Shown here: positions 63,835 to 64,000 of the stretch, piece by piece | Numbering within the stretch: position 1 is the first letter of the stretch | Layout of the letters: every line of letters begins with the position of its first letter | IMG/VR virus record: IMGVR_UViG_3300033070_001123 | Length of the DNA stretch: 64,000 bases | Reading direction: 5' to 3' (one strand) | Source: a virus | Lineage: Duplodnaviria > Heunggongvirae > Uroviricota > Caudoviricetes | The notes under the pieces: generated by a model | Told to the model about the DNA's origin: nothing | What the model saw: only the letters and a program-made list of their open reading frames with translations | Database searches by the model: none | Position numbers and translations under genes: made by a program

Positions 63835-64000
63835 GATTCGGTCCTTTCAGTTAGGCGAAGGGTTCATTCCCTTCATGCCTATCTGTTCTGCGCCGAAAGT
63901 TTAGTTTCGGAATTGAACAACCGAAACCGATTGAAGTTTGGGCTGGTTCTGAAGTTTAGTTCTTCAGATTGAAGCGGTCGAATGGACGACGGCGTTGCCG

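Larger units (their letters stand above)
60348..63967. repeat. Array of at least 15 copies of a conserved element with core GAAGTTTAGTT(C/T) on the plus strand (GAACTAAACTTC on the coding strand). Many copies are embedded in short hairpins with variable stems.
   Basis: Copies at about 60348, 60425, 60756, 61044, 61295, 61633, 61791, 62065, 62575, 62826, 63013, 63262, 63392, 63893 and 63949. Examples: gggaag-tttagtt-cttccc, ctgaag-tttagtt-cttcag, ccgaaa-gtttag-tttcgg, cgaccg-aagtttagtta-cggtcg. All are intergenic or at gene ends. Confidence 0.8.

Noticed and set aside
60348-63967. Element interpreted as a FliA/sigma-28 -35 box (TAAAGTTT) for the phage sigma factor.
   Set aside because: Only the hexamer AAGTTT matches, and it lies on the non-coding strand relative to the genes. 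No GCCGATAA-like -10 follows at the right spacing. Start codons lie only about 18 nt downstream in many copies.
60300-64000. Integron-like cassette array with attC sites.
   Set aside because: The conserved element does not fit attC inverse-core/core consensus (RYYYAAC...GTTRRRY). The repeats are far shorter than attC sites (19 bp against 57-141 bp). No intI-like gene is visible in the window. I kept it as a cassette-like array of unknown mechanism.
60300-64000. CRISPR array.
   Set aside because: Repeat units are only 11-19 bp with variable stems. Spacing is irregular at 150-350 bp. The intervening DNA encodes proteins with ribosome-binding sites. It is not repeat-spacer architecture.

Overview
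This window looks like a segment of a large tailed dsDNA bacteriophage. Almost every gene is on the minus strand. Sampled stretches are about 38% G+C, and Shine-Dalgarno sites of the AAGGAG type precede several genes.

From the left edge, the order is:
- Three consecutive structural genes (1..13622). The middle one is a 10.3-kb single ORF of 3421 aa with three tandem ~490-aa super-repeats. Two strong minus-strand terminators follow.
- A nucleotide-metabolism and takeover block: dUTPase, ribonucleotide reductase, an AAA+ ATPase, a DHH/DHHA1 phosphoesterase, two tandem GT42/DUF115-like paralogs, an HNH endonuclease, a macro domain protein and a FliA-like sigma factor.
- A lysis region containing a GH24 endolysin on the plus strand.
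- A DEDDh exonuclease, ThyX and peptide deformylase.
- A long minus-strand operon: an ABC-type ATPase, two unknowns, CoaD, an HD-like protein and a 67-aa hyper-acidic protein.
- An SPFH/band-7 protein with membrane partners, a split methyltransferase, an SNF2 helicase, a second AAA+ ATPase that is about 57% G+C, and a 1165-aa protein carrying a 363-aa LAGLIDADG intein.
- A UvrD-like helicase and a cluster of proteins sharing an N-terminal M-x-W-Y motif.

The most unusual part is the last 3.7 kb (about 60300..64000). It is strongly G+C-rich, 57-72% in the 60-nt stretches I counted. It carries tiny minus-strand ORFs separated by at least 15 copies of a conserved GAAGTTTAGTT(C) element, often inside short hairpins, together with longer perfect repeats.

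Other notable points are a perfect 19-bp tandem duplication that frameshifts a multi-HTH gene, and a degenerate direct-repeat block around a small HNH gene at the boundary where composition changes.

All protein identifications rest on motifs I read in the supplied translations. No database search was possible.
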